In this document: positions 1 through 15,400 of the stretch, piece after piece
Layout of the letters: every line of letters begins with the position of its first letter
Position numbering within the stretch: the first letter of the stretch is position 1
NCBI GenBank assembly: GCA_000165345.1
Contig: CM000429.1
Span: 704,001 to 768,000 of the forward strand
Direction of reading: 5' to 3'
Length of the DNA: 64,000 nt
Position numbers and translations under genes: made by a program
The notes under the pieces: model-generated
What the model was told of the DNA's origin: nothing
What the model saw: only the letters and a program-made list of their open reading frames with translations
Databases searched by the model: none

Positions 1-211
1 TTTGAATAAAAGAATTTATAAAGGAAGATTATATAGAGGGAAAATAATTCAGGATATTTAAATCAAGAGAATAAACATGAACTATTTATTAAGGACTAAG
101 TCTAATTTTTTGCTAATATATATTTTAATGATTGGTGTGAAAAAAGCATTAGAGTAAACAAATGCGGTATAGTATCTGTATATAAACATGGAAATGTGAA
201 TTGAAGATTAG

Positions 212-976
212 TTAGTCAGTTTTGTGTTTTTTACCTTTTTTTGACTTTGCTGAATTTTTGTTTTTGGAGGTTTGTTTATTATTATTGGTTTTGTTATTAT
301 TAGTAATGGGTTTGTAAATATTAGTAGTCTTTGATCTTTCTTTACTATTTAAATACTTATAAACTGGGTCTTCTTTCATAACTTTAGAAACTTTCATATT
401 CCTTTTAATATCGTAAATCATAAATAAACCAACTTCAGCAATTAAACATAGAATAGAGCATGCAATTCCAATGAAGATTCTGGAGTTAATATCCTCAAGA
501 CCCATATATAATGGAGCATAGAATCCACCAATAAATGTTAAAATAAGACCAATTAGTGCATTCATACTCATTAAAACGTCTCTAGAATAGTGCACTCCAA
601 AGGCATCTGGTACATTATTTGAAGTTTTAGTATACTTAGCTTGCGATAAATTTTTGATTGATGATTGATATTTACGTTCTTCTGAGCGCTTTCTTAATAT
701 TTCTATTATAGACAAATTTTTTTGTGTTGCATTTTTTTGATTCTGATCTAAGTCGATCTCTTTTTTGCTATTCAAAAGAAGTTCTTGTAGACTTGGAATA
801 GAGTCAACATTCTTTTCATCAGTTCCATTTTCTTTATTAATAGAGTTATATTCTTTAACTATTTTTGAATATGCTTTATATAATGTATCTACATCAATAT
901 TATCTGAGTTTTTAAAGGACTTATCACCATATTTAGAGAAGAAATCTTTCAGTTCTGGGGTAACTGAAACCTTCAT
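212..976 (-). CDS. hypothetical membrane protein (two predicted TM helices, basic N/K-rich C-terminus)
   Basis: 254-aa ORF. Hydrophobic stretches NALIGLILTFIGGFYAPLYMG and IFIGIACSILCLIAEVGLFMIY. No recognisable catalytic motif. Confidence 0.5.
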   Translation of the reverse strand: MKVSVTPELKDFFSKYGDKSFKNSDNIDVDTLYKAYSKIVKEYNSINKENGTDEKNVDSIPSLQELLLNSKKEIDLDQNQKNATQKNLSIIEILRKRSEERKYQSSIKNLSQAKYTKTSNNVPDAFGVHYSRDVLMSMNALIGLILTFIGGFYAPLYMGLEDINSRIFIGIACSILCLIAEVGLFMIYDIKRNMKVSKVMKEDPVYKYLNSKERSKTTNIYKPITNNNKTNNNKQTSKNKNSAKSKKGKKHKTD

Positions 977-2191
977 TTAGCTCAAATATTGTCACTTCTG
1001 TTAATGCTATTACTACTTTTCGTGGGGAATTAATAATCTATTAATTTTTTTCTTTTCTTTTTCTTTTAGTGACTTTATTTAATATTTGAATTAATCTTAT
1101 TCCCGCCTAATTGTGATCTTAAAGAATTAATTTCCAGAGGTTCTTAAAGATTCTCTTGAAAGGATATGATATAAATAAAATCTTGTAATTTAAGAAAAAG
1201 AGAATCGAAATGAATTGTTTTTTTGCTAATGATAAATTTTTATACATCTTTCTTATTAGGTAGATTTTTCAAATCATATTCAGTTTCAAGATCCTATCTA
1301 TTGCTTTATTATACATAGTAATATTCAACTATTACTTTCATTAATAGATTTATTTATTTAATTAGGCCACTTTAAAAAAAAAGTATTGAATTTTAAATGT
1401 GGGTTTTTTTTTGTAGAATACAAATAGTTACATTGAACTTTTAGTTAAAATTAATAAACAAAAATTACAGTTATTAAATAGCTTTTAATCAATTATCAAG
1501 TTATGAAATTTTCATTAAAACTTAAATTACTCAATATTAGTAATTCTAATATGCTATTGAATTTTTATTTTAAACATTTACAAGTACTAATAGTTATATA
1601 AGTTATCAATAAAATAAAAATATTAAAAAAATTATATTAAATAAAATTTTTGTAAAAGCTCACAAAGTTTAATAGTACTACCGGCAATTATTTTCTTATA
1701 ATATTTTGAATTCTTATGCATGCAAGAATTATGCAGTCATTATTTTTGGTACCGGCATAGGCGCCACCTTGCATGCAAAAATTAGTTCATGTGGATGCAG
1801 AAAAAATAATAGTGTGGAATAAAAAGAATTATACGTATGTAATAATAGTAAATGTTAAAAAAAAAAAAAAAAACTTAAAATAAGTGGCAATAATAATATA
1901 TATAAGAGAAAAATTGTGAAGTAAAAGTTAGAAAGAAAAAGTAGAATTTCAACAAAATTCTATTGTATTTCTTTTTCTCTTAAGTCCATTTTTTCGATGA
2001 TAAATGGATTCAAATTGATATAATTAAAGATTGACAACTAATTATTTAAAATAAGCTTTTAAGGAAAAAGAGTTACTATAAAAGTACGAAAGAAAAACAA
2101 ATTAACGAGAATAATTCTTCAAGAGTTTAAATTTTTAATAAATCAACGATATTATATGTGAAATAAATTACTATCATTAAAAAAAAAGCTG

Positions 2192-2227
<36 letters not shown>

Positions 2228-2288
2228 CAGTTCCTCTTTATATATATACATATTGTTATTTATATATAAATATATAATATAGGGGAAA

Positions 2289-5200
2289 ATGACTGATCAT
2301 AGCCAAATTATGGATAGTGTGATTGCAACCCCAAGAGCTTCAAGTAATGGTAGCATATTCTGGGTTACTCCAACACAATTTAATCCACAAACAGGCACTT
2401 ATCAGACACATTATTATTCAGATGATTTGGTGAAATCTGGAACAGTTAGTGTTGGAACCCCAACATGGAAAAATAATTCAATGGTTCCACAAGCAATTCC
2501 ATCTTCAAATATAAATAGTAAATCAGTTGCAGCTCCGATTTTAATTCCTCCTCCGCAAAGCCGAAATTTGGCAAACTTTGAAGATCCAGTGATAAGGATA
2601 CCAGAAGGAATAAAAGAATTAGAATATGAAGATGACGACGATCAAAGTGTTGTAGATATTAAACAGTTAGGTCAAAATTTTGATTATGATTCAGAGAATG
2701 GCGATAATTCAAATAGAGCAAAGAATGTGGTTGATGCTGTAGTTGCATTAGGACATGTTTTAGTTAAAGATTTGCAAAAAGCAGTACCAAATTTAAAAAA
2801 CAGTGGAAGTTCAATTTTTGAAAGCTGTCTTGCAGGTTCAAATATTACTGGTTTAGAAAATGAGTTGGCATTTTCTCCAAAAAATATATTAAAAGATACA
2901 TTAAAAAACAATACCCAAGTTAAGCCACATTTACTTCCTAATGGGGTAACTATGCAAGAATTAATTGCATCAGGGGGTAATATTGGAAGTTCACCAGATA
3001 AAAGATTTAAAAAAATGTCGAGTATGCTTTCATCTTCAACATTATTATCTTCAGAATTATTTTTTGATCAAAATAAATTCCCAAGAATGAGCTTAATCAC
3101 TTATGAGTCATCTCATAATAATAATAAGGCAATTCAATTGAATCAGGAAGCCGTAAAACGTTTAAATTCAGATTTTGGAGATTCACCTCTATGCTTTATA
3201 AGCTTGATTGATTGCCCTAGTGAATTATTCTCAACTTTGTTATTAAATCCAGATTTGGAATCATTATCAGTACAAAAGATAATTAATAAAGAGTTATCAG
3301 ATAGACAACAACATATTACCAATAATCAAAATAGTTTGGTTGATTTATACTATTGGTACAAAGATGAAGAATTTATATATTTATTATTAGATTTTAAAAT
3401 TTCAATGATACCAAAGTTACATGATATTTTATTAATTCTAGCAAATTCTATTTCATCTACCGTTGTTATGAATAATTCTGGAATAATTAATCAAGAATCT
3501 TTAAAAAAGCTTGTACCAATTATGGATTTACAAAAAGAATTTGAATCACGTCAAGAAAAAATTATTAATAAATTGGTTAATAATAGTAAATCTGGAGGTA
3601 TGAGTAATAATAATAATAATAATAATAATATAAAGAGTGGTGAATTTAATACTCCACCACGAGAAGTTGGACAAGAATTAAAAGATGATGATTTCAAAAC
3701 AGCTCAAGCTAATCCATTGTTATTATTAACTCCAAGATATAAACCTACTCTAAGATCAGAAACTTTTAATGAGTTTAATCAAATAACTGAACAAGAATTA
3801 GATAAAAATAATTTAAATCATGGTACTCCTAGAACCTTATTATGCACTTTAAAAACTACTCCAAGGCCATATTTAGTATGGTTATTACATGATTTTAATT
3901 TCTTATTATATGATACAGCTAATAATATGATATTAAAAAGCATTGATTATTTTGAGACACTTATGACAGAATTAGGTTGTGGTTATGAATGTGAAGATTC
4001 ACAGATTACTTATTTTGAAAATCTCAAGCTTTATTTAAGATCATATTATACAATGAAAGAATGTCATACATTAGTTTCACCATATACAATTGATAATAGT
4101 GAAAGAAAAATTAGAATGGATCATATGAAACAGATTGCTTGTTTAAGACAGAGATTACTTGGAATAAGTAAAAATCATGCAATCAGTCATAAGCTTGGCC
4201 AGTATAATTCATCATTAACAATTAATCGTTATCTTTCAATATTCTTTAAAGTATTAAATAATAATGAAACACAAGATCTCTCAGAGTTGAATGAAATTGT
4301 GCAAAGAAGGTTTTGTGATAGAATATTAATGGATGTTAATGATTATTATTTGTCAGAAGACAAGAAATTAATGGAATCTTTACCTATGAATGAAACTGCA
4401 TTAAAATGTGAAACTAAAGAGATCAGATCCAAATGCATGCATTTATATAAGGAATACACAAGTACATTAATAGATACTGATATTTATATTGATTATAAGA
4501 TTCAATTACAATCAGAATTACAAGATAGAGAGAATGATACAATAAAAGAGAATTTAAATATTTCAGTAAAATATTGTACAACATATTTGAATGAGATAGC
4601 AAAAAAGAATATTTCAAATAAATTATATAATGGAATAAAAAGTAATAATACATCATTTGAAAGTTTAAATAATAAAAATAGTAATATTAATTCAAGAAAA
4701 CAATATAGTATATTAGATCTTGAGAAGGATTTGGATGATATATATTTAACTATGTTAGATAGTTTGAATGATAAAATTCCAAGAGAAATATCATTGAATT
4801 GTTTTCTAAAAGTGGCAAATGAACTTAGACATGAATGGTATCAAGTTAATGGAAGTGGAAATAATATGGGGTTAAACTCCAGTTCAGTTAATAGTAAAGG
4901 AGTGGAAAACGATAAAATTGGAATAGAAAATTGTTTTGGTAGTAATAATGGTAATAATAGATTTGATGATGAATTTATGAGAAGAATGGAAACTCCTGAA
5001 ATGCTAGTAAATAGGCTGAATGCTGATTTGGAAGAAATTGATTCGGAGTATAATGGTTATTCTTTGATGCAAAAAAAGGAGTTATTGGAAGATATATTAT
5101 TAGAAGCAACAAAGAAGAAGGATCGATTAAGTGATTTTTATAATAGTAACCAACTATATGGTTTAGATAATTTAATAACTGCAGTACAAGATAGATTGGA

Positions 5201-5411
5201 TATAGTAAATTCAGAAAGGAAAAGTATTATGGATAATAACGAGATACAAAGACAGATGATATTAAAACAAAAGCATAAACGTTGGAGAAAGTTTTTTCCT
5301 TGTTTAAAGAAGAATATTAATTATGATGTAAATACAATTAATAATACAACAAATAATTGTAATAACATTCAGATGAATGACATGAGCCATTCGATAGATG
5401 AATCATATTAA
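2289..5411 (+). CDS. large hypothetical protein (1040 aa) with poly-N tract
   Basis: Single long ORF with non-random amino-acid composition and an (AAT)n-encoded N run near 3600. No P-loop or other motif I can assign to a family. Confidence 0.6.
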   Translation: MTDHSQIMDSVIATPRASSNGSIFWVTPTQFNPQTGTYQTHYYSDDLVKSGTVSVGTPTWKNNSMVPQAIPSSNINSKSVAAPILIPPPQSRNLANFEDPVIRIPEGIKELEYEDDDDQSVVDIKQLGQNFDYDSENGDNSNRAKNVVDAVVALGHVLVKDLQKAVPNLKNSGSSIFESCLAGSNITGLENELAFSPKNILKDTLKNNTQVKPHLLPNGVTMQELIASGGNIGSSPDKRFKKMSSMLSSSTLLSSELFFDQNKFPRMSLITYESSHNNNKAIQLNQEAVKRLNSDFGDSPLCFISLIDCPSELFSTLLLNPDLESLSVQKIINKELSDRQQHITNNQNSLVDLYYWYKDEEFIYLLLDFKISMIPKLHDILLILANSISSTVVMNNSGIINQESLKKLVPIMDLQKEFESRQEKIINKLVNNSKSGGMSNNNNNNNNIKSGEFNTPPREVGQELKDDDFKTAQANPLLLLTPRYKPTLRSETFNEFNQITEQELDKNNLNHGTPRTLLCTLKTTPRPYLVWLLHDFNFLLYDTANNMILKSIDYFETLMTELGCGYECEDSQITYFENLKLYLRSYYTMKECHTLVSPYTIDNSERKIRMDHMKQIACLRQRLLGISKNHAISHKLGQYNSSLTINRYLSIFFKVLNNNETQDLSELNEIVQRRFCDRILMDVNDYYLSEDKKLMESLPMNETALKCETKEIRSKCMHLYKEYTSTLIDTDIYIDYKIQLQSELQDRENDTIKENLNISVKYCTTYLNEIAKKNISNKLYNGIKSNNTSFESLNNKNSNINSRKQYSILDLEKDLDDIYLTMLDSLNDKIPREISLNCFLKVANELRHEWYQVNGSGNNMGLNSSSVNSKGVENDKIGIENCFGSNNGNNRFDDEFMRRMETPEMLVNRLNADLEEIDSEYNGYSLMQKKELLEDILLEATKKKDRLSDFYNSNQLYGLDNLITAVQDRLDIVNSERKSIMDNNEIQRQMILKQKHKRWRKFFPCLKKNINYDVNTINNTTNNCNNIQMNDMSHSIDESY

Positions 5412-6028
5412 GGTATGAGAAGGAAAAAAGGATAATTTATAATATATATATATATATATATATTATAAATTGAAAGAAAAGAAGAATAAAACAAATATTA
5501 TATTCTATATTTCGGGGTTTATTTTACTTGAAATATGGTTTTAAATTACTCAACCAGTTGATGATCTTTGCCAATTTCTTCATAGCAATATATAATAATT
5601 CTTTAATTACATGTAAAAATTAATAGTAAATTTAATTAAAAAGTTTGCAGAAACAATTTCAATATTAAAGTTAAAAAAAGGGTATAAATAAAAAAAAAGC
5701 ATTAATTAATAGAAATATCAAGTTAGAGGAGATAAAGTAATTAATAGGAACGGATAATGAAAATTAGGTAGTATAGAAATTCAGAAATAATTCCAGAAAG
5801 TGATAATGTTAGCGAAAAAAGACAATATTTTTTTCTTCTTTTGAAGCTAGTAATTATTTATTTTCTAATGTATTATCAAACTATTTATTGAGATTAAATC
5901 TTGCTCTCTTTTTTAAAATTATTATTATTGATATTTCCTACATAAAACAGAAAGAATTACGTGTCATTTATTATTTTTGCATGCAATGCAACTTTTGGCG
6001 GTAATGTAGTAAGAATAAGGGGTATGTT

Positions 6029-8050
6029 TTAATATGGTGAGAAGTTAAAGTTGGGACGACCTTCTGACGGAATATTGTAATATGGGGAAGAAGTTTCATA
6101 AGTTGATCTGTAGTTTGATAGTGGATCTGGTGTAAGGAGCGGGTTTGGTGGAGAGTTGGAGTGTGCGGTGAATTGGTCTTCTTGTTTTCTGGTGATTGTG
6201 CTAGAAATTGAGTTATTTTTTGATAGAATAGTATTATGTGGTGGAGTAATTTGATTATTATGATTACTATAATTGTAGTTGTAATTACTATTAGTACTAG
6301 GATTAATATTAGTATTATTATAGTTATAGTTGAATGTTTCCGTAGTATTTTGGTTTTGAATTCCAAGTGAAGCATTAGTTTTAGGTTTAGAGATCGATGA
6401 TAATGAGAGAATAGGCTGGTTATTACTGTTATTGAGTGTAGATGGTGAAGGTGGTTTTGAAGAGATAGTTTTCATATATTCATCATTTGGACTTATGATA
6501 GTTTTAAGTTGAGGAAACTGTTCAGTTGATGCATTAATGGGTGTATTATAGATTGAGCTATTATTATTGGGAATAAAGTTTTGAGGATGATGAATATTTG
6601 TATTATATGTTGAGATTTGAGGGAATTGACTTTGGGATTGAGGGATAGAGTTAGATGAGGGTGAAAAAGGTTGTTGAATATAATTAAGATTTTGAATAGA
6701 ATTATTGTATGGGAGTTTGTTATAAATTTGTTGATTTGGTGGGGAGAATGATGAAGATTGATTTTTCTTTTGTAAAAAGATATCATTTCTGCATCTTAAA
6801 AGATTAACAGTACCGTTAAGAATTCCATTGTTTACAAGTTGGAAAAAGTCATCATAAGAGCAGAACTCTTTGTTAAGGTAATCACGAATAACTTGAGATG
6901 CAAGTTTTTTAGATTTTTCAGAGGAAATTTGAGTTTTCTTTTTTGGTTTTCCATTTTTATTATTTGTAGTAACTTTAATAATACTAATATGTTCAATAAG
7001 TTTGGCAAGCTCATCAATAGAAAGCAATCCATCACGATTGGAATCATAGTAGAAGAATATGAACTGTAATCTAAGCCTATTGAAATTTGGAGAATTTTTT
7101 TCTTTAATATTATATGGTCTAAAAATGAGCATTCCAGTAAGAAATTCGACTTGGGTAATGTAATCATCTTGATTTCTATCCATTACACTAAAAATAGTGC
7201 CTCTATATCCAACTTCAATAATATTGACATATTCCATAAGTTTTTCAAATTCAAAGTTTGATATGAATCCTTTAACAGTATTTGAAAATGAGCTAAATAG
7301 AGTAGATAAGTAGTTGCATTCATTTTGAACATCAAGTTCAACCACTGCAAGCGGTAGAAGTTTGGAGTAGCTATTCCATTCTTTCCAGTTGGAGCTATTT
7401 GGTTTAGTTACTGTACTCTTTGCATTTGCATAACCTCCAAATTCAGTTTTTTTTGCTGTATTTAAATCAATTCTGCTTGATGATATTACATTATTGTCGT
7501 ATGAAGATGGTAATTTCCCGGCTCCCATTGGTGCTCCTATAGTAGTTATTGTTGCTGTTCCAGTACCTAATTTTATTGGTGCTGCTGCTTCTCCAATTCC
7601 AGTTCCAGTTCCAGTTCCTGATGAAATATATTTTTCTCTTGATTGATAATTACTGTCGATTATTCGACTGGATTCATCAATTGTATTAATTCTATTTGGA
7701 ATAGTTTCATATTCTATTGGTGTATTAAAATTATCGTTGCTTTGATTTAAATATTGATAACCACTTATATTATGAATATTATTATGTTGATTAATATATC
7801 TTGGATATACATTTGGGGATGAAACATAACTCTTATTAGTATTATTAAAGTTATTATCGCCTGTATAATAATAAGTTCCAGCATTATTTTTATCTGAATA
7901 TTCTGATAATGGTAATTTATATTGATTATAATTTCCGGGTGAATTTGGCTGTAAGACTTTTTTCATATTGTTTAAATTCATGCTAGTACTGGGATTACCA
8001 CCTATTCCATTAATATTTGCACAGTTTCCAAAACTTAGCAATTGGCTCAT
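6029..8050 (-). CDS. EF-hand domain protein with N/S/T/P-rich low-complexity flanks
   Basis: Two canonical EF-hand loops, DRNQDDYITQVEF and DSNRDGLLSIDEL, in the central region. The rest is N/Q/S/T/P-rich, typical of Dictyostelium. Confidence 0.6.
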   Translation of the reverse strand: MSQLLSFGNCANINGIGGNPSTSMNLNNMKKVLQPNSPGNYNQYKLPLSEYSDKNNAGTYYYTGDNNFNNTNKSYVSSPNVYPRYINQHNNIHNISGYQYLNQSNDNFNTPIEYETIPNRINTIDESSRIIDSNYQSREKYISSGTGTGTGIGEAAAPIKLGTGTATITTIGAPMGAGKLPSSYDNNVISSSRIDLNTAKKTEFGGYANAKSTVTKPNSSNWKEWNSYSKLLPLAVVELDVQNECNYLSTLFSSFSNTVKGFISNFEFEKLMEYVNIIEVGYRGTIFSVMDRNQDDYITQVEFLTGMLIFRPYNIKEKNSPNFNRLRLQFIFFYYDSNRDGLLSIDELAKLIEHISIIKVTTNNKNGKPKKKTQISSEKSKKLASQVIRDYLNKEFCSYDDFFQLVNNGILNGTVNLLRCRNDIFLQKKNQSSSFSPPNQQIYNKLPYNNSIQNLNYIQQPFSPSSNSIPQSQSQFPQISTYNTNIHHPQNFIPNNNSSIYNTPINASTEQFPQLKTIISPNDEYMKTISSKPPSPSTLNNSNNQPILSLSSISKPKTNASLGIQNQNTTETFNYNYNNTNINPSTNSNYNYNYSNHNNQITPPHNTILSKNNSISSTITRKQEDQFTAHSNSPPNPLLTPDPLSNYRSTYETSSPYYNIPSEGRPNFNFSPY

Positions 8051-9675
8051 TTTGCGATATTCAATCAGTCACTTTTATTATCTTTTCTTTCTTAGTTTAT
8101 ACAATCTTAACTTAATTAAAGCAATAATTTTATTATAATTATTATTATATTTAGGATTATGATTGAAAACTAAATATTGTGGGCTTTTTAAGTAAATAGA
8201 TATATAAAATTAAATAAAAAAAGAAGGAAATGGATCTTTCTTGATTCGATTTTGATTTATATAATCAATCAATAAGCCGAGTTACTTATTTGTAAAAATA
8301 AATTCACATATATTTCTTTTTATTTCCTTTTTTCTTTTTTATTCCTCTTTTTATTTTATCCCTTTATAATAATAATCTACATAATATATACATGGAAAAT
8401 ATTATGTATGCCTGCTTGCCCGCCAAAAATTTTGAAACACGTGGAGATTAAATGACTAAATAAAAAAAGAAAAATAAATAAATTTATTCTAATAATATGG
8501 AAAATTTTCTTACATAAAGTTGTATGAAAGAACATCGTTATTTTATTTTATTTTTCCTAATCTTATTAAAAACATAAAAAATCTGAATATTTCTAAATTA
8601 TACTGCATTCCAAATAAAATGTAATTAGTTATTATCTTTAATTATATCTTGAAAATAAAAGGAAATTATTTGGGAAAGAAAAAAAATAATTAGCTAACAG
8701 TTTAATATCTATTTTTTTAAAAGTATTATTAATAATTAAAATTTTATTTGTACAAATCATCATTACCGGTATTGTTTGAAAAAAAATGCTTGCATTTTCG
8801 CATGCATGCACAATTTTTTACTAAAATCATTTATCCACATAAAATTTTATGTGGACAAAAATTTTAAAAAAATTAAAATTAAGAATAGAAACGAATAAAT
8901 GGTTTATAATGTTTAATTTTGGTATTGAATATTATCTCGTAAATGTATACAAAAAAGAAGAAAAAAAGAATAAGTAGTAGTAAGAAGAAGGATTGTTTGA
9001 TTATTGGTAATTTAATTTTATTTATAGAAAGTAAGTGTATTCAAGAACTCAAGTGAATATATTACAAATACTAAATATTTATTAGCGTAATAAATATTGA
9101 AAAAAATTAATTATTTAAAGTATTTGATTAATAAATATTAATAAGATATATGCGTAATTTGAAAGATTTAGGAGCAAATAGAATATTACAAGTGTGGGGC
9201 GGCCTGTATGTGTGTCATGTCGTAAAATAAATATTTGGGTTATATAAAAATATAAATATATATTTTATATTTATATTATATTGTACTTAAAAAAAAAAAA
9301 TATATTAATGAATAAAGTTTTTCAAAGAAAGGAGAACACAAAACTTGGCTAAATTATAAAATCGAAACTTTTAATAATAATAATATTATTATTATATGCA
9401 TAAATATATATAAAAGGTATAAACAAGATATTGCAAAGAAGAGAATTAATTAAATAGAGAATATAGTGGTGGTTAGTAATAAATATATAATGAAAAATAT
9501 TTGATCCAGAATCTAAAAATTAATAAAATATTCTCTCAGTTAAAATTAGGAGAAAATAAATAAAATAGTTTTAAGGTAAATAAAGAGAATGCAAATTAAC
9601 AAATAATATTTGAAATAATATATAGTTTAAGGAAAAATTATATATTTGAGAATAATAATAATATATTTGAAAAAA

Positions 9676-12270
<2,595 letters not shown>

Positions 12271-12476
12271 CCAATTTAATTACAAAGTATCCTTTTTCTT
12301 AATAAAAAAAGTAAATGGTACCTATATGGTATCGAATATATATATGTAATTATATTATTACAGTATAAATAAGATCCGAGAGGAAACTAAATAGAAAATT
12401 ATATATCTCCAGTATAGAAAGATAAGATATAAACCTTAAAATCTAGTAGTAATCCTTTGTTTCTTTAATAATCGTT

Positions 12477-15400
12477 TTAATTGAAAAAGGGGAGTAGTTG
12501 GACAATCTTGCAATTTTGTAGTGTATCAATAATTAAAAGAGTGTTCTTATTGATGAAAATTGCATGGGAAATGATTTTGTTGTATTGATTGGATGTTAAG
12601 CTGTTATTAATAATATTAAGAGGATTTAAAGAAAGGGAATGATTAATATTGAATTTAATAATTGGTACGATTGTAATTTGATTATTATTAAAATATCTTT
12701 TGAAAGATGATTTAAGTAATAGAAATATATGATAAATAATACAAATACCATCAGATGATAATACTGTTAATTTTGAATTAATATAATTCGAATTTCTGTT
12801 AATAATATTATTAAGAGTGTTTAAATTGGATAAATTTGAAGTAAGTATATTCTTTTGTTTAAGTTTAAATAAGCTTGGATTTAAAAATTGTCTTCCAAAT
12901 AAATAAGATATAAACCATAAATTTCCAGTATTTGTAATAATTAAGAGTGTATTAGCTTGTTTCCAATTATGGCTTGTTGAAATTGGTGAACTTTCTAAAG
13001 CTATTAAAAGATCTGGTCGACTAATTATAGGTAAATTATATGATAAATTAGTCCAAATATCCCATATACATAAACAATTTTCATCTGATAATACTGATGA
13101 AATTTCGATCTTACTACTTAAATTCAAAGTATTATCTCCCATAAATTCTGCCAAATTTAATGTACCACTATTAATTAGAGTTCCACCTAATCCAATTCCT
13201 CCTTCACTTTCATTTAAGTAACCATAACTATTACCACCAATTGAATAAGAACTATTGGACTTTGCAGTATTAGGTGTTGATGCATTACTAATCGATTGTG
13301 ATTGAACATTATTGTTATTATTTGTTGTAGTAGTAACACTAATATTACCACCAACAATAGGTATTCTCTCACCTCTTGAATTAAATTTAGTATAGTTTCT
13401 AAAATTGAATGACGACCTTCCAAGTTCATTTCCTTCATTGTTATTAAAACTATTATTATTAATACTAGTAGTGTTATATACGAAATTGATTCCATTACCT
13501 GATGTTAGAATATATCTGCAAGAATAGTCAATAATTCCTGACCAAAAACAATTTGATTTATGTACTTGGAATATATATATTGGAATAAATGGATTCATAG
13601 CAGAACTTGACTTTGAACTTGAATTTGAATTTGAACTTGTGCTTGAACTTGTACTTTGTGCATTAATTGAACTTGAAGTCAAAATAATATTACTGCTGGA
13701 TGATAGTGAAGAATTATTTACACCTCCATTATTGACTGAAGTTGTTTGTAAACTATTATGAGATGAGGAAGGTTGGGAAGGATTAATATTGGGATTAGAA
13801 GGAACAAAAATCTCATCCTCTTCATCAGATAAGTAATTATTGTTGGAGTTGAGTTTATAAACCATAATAAAACCATTCGAAGTTGAGATAATTATATGTA
13901 TTTTACTTGGAGACCAACTTACATGGGTTATATTACCTAAATTATGATTATTTACCATTAATTTATTCAAATTAGTTGAAGTTGTAGGAGGCAATTCTTG
14001 GTGATAATTACGACCTTGGCCAATAGAATCAATACCCTTAAAAGATCTTTTATTAACATTATTTGATGTTAAATTGTAATATGACTTTGATAAACTATTT
14101 GAAATCATTATTGGCTTTGGATTTGATTTACTACTATTAATATTATTAATAATATCTCCAGTAATATTACTACTGGTATTAATAAAATAATTGGGATGAT
14201 TTACTTTATGATAATTACTGAAAGCTAAAGAATGACTCCAATATGGATAAACAATATGAGAAACTCTTGGATTTCTTAATTGTATTGCTTCACCACATAT
14301 TATTGCTTTGACATTATTGAATTGATTTTGTATTTTTGAAAAACTTAACGGAATATCTGTAAATATCTGTAAGAATCGTATTTCTTGAAAATTACAAGTT
14401 AGATGAGATCCTGATCCAATATTTGTATTAAAATCCGATACTCCTCCCCCTATATTTAACTCATTTTCTTTTGATGTATATAAATCGAGATAAATACTTT
14501 TAACTCCTTTCTTTATATTAACACAAAAATCAATATCATATATTGGCATAATACAAGGAGATGATGATGATGATGATAACAATAAGCTTTTATTACTTTT
14601 TCTTCTTTCCAGTTTTCTATATGATAAAAGTCCATGATCATCTTGATTTTCCTCCAATTTCCCAAAAATTAAGAGTCTCTTTAAAAGAAAAGAGTTTAAA
14701 AGAACTTCTAATCTTATGATCTTTTCTGATTTGAAAATGTTATCAAAATCTTCTCCGAATTTACCAAATTTCATTCCCTGAAAAATAACTCCTTCATAAT
14801 AATATGAATTTATATGATTTCTTCTCATAAAACTTATTGGATGAATAAAATATAATTTTGAATTTAACATTAAGTGAGTTTTTTCACCTAATAATAAAAA
14901 TGGACTGTTATTTACATCCATCTTACAATCCATCAATAATGGACTTTCTTGATATAATATATGACCTAATAATGTATTTGATCTTTCTACTCCTTCTTTT
15001 TCACCTTTTTGAATTCTATTCTTATACCATTTATAATAATAATCTTCTTCATTAACATATTCATTTTCATTCTCTAATTCAACTAAAGTTTCAGATTCAT
15101 TCTCATCTTGTTGCTTACTTTGATCAAATCCAAAATAATGATAATAATAAAAATCATCATCTTCATATTGTTTAATCTCATTATCTATTAATATATTATC
15201 ATTCATCATATTCTCCTCTTTTTTACTGTCTCTCTCCAAATCTTCAATATTGTTATTATTACCACTCAAATAGTGAACATTTGGAACTAAATTAAGTTTA
15301 GGAGTTGGAATAATACGATTATTATATATTAACATATTAATCATAAAGAGTGATGGATTATTCATTCTCATTGATTCTTCTTTCTTATTCAATCTGAATC

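Noticed and set aside
5971-6375. 134-aa ORF overlapping the 3' end of the EF-hand gene in another frame
   Set aside because: It is fully nested in the longer, motif-bearing ORF 6029-8050. The ORFs 6493-6786, 6832-7167 and 6839-7069 are likewise alternative-frame artefacts.
9646-9675. ORF-track start MRIIIIYLKK for the kinase-like gene
   Set aside because: These 10 codons are A/T-run translation of the 5' leader. The Met at 9676 (MSINKKDAK) follows an A-rich Kozak-like context (AAAAATG) and is the more plausible start.
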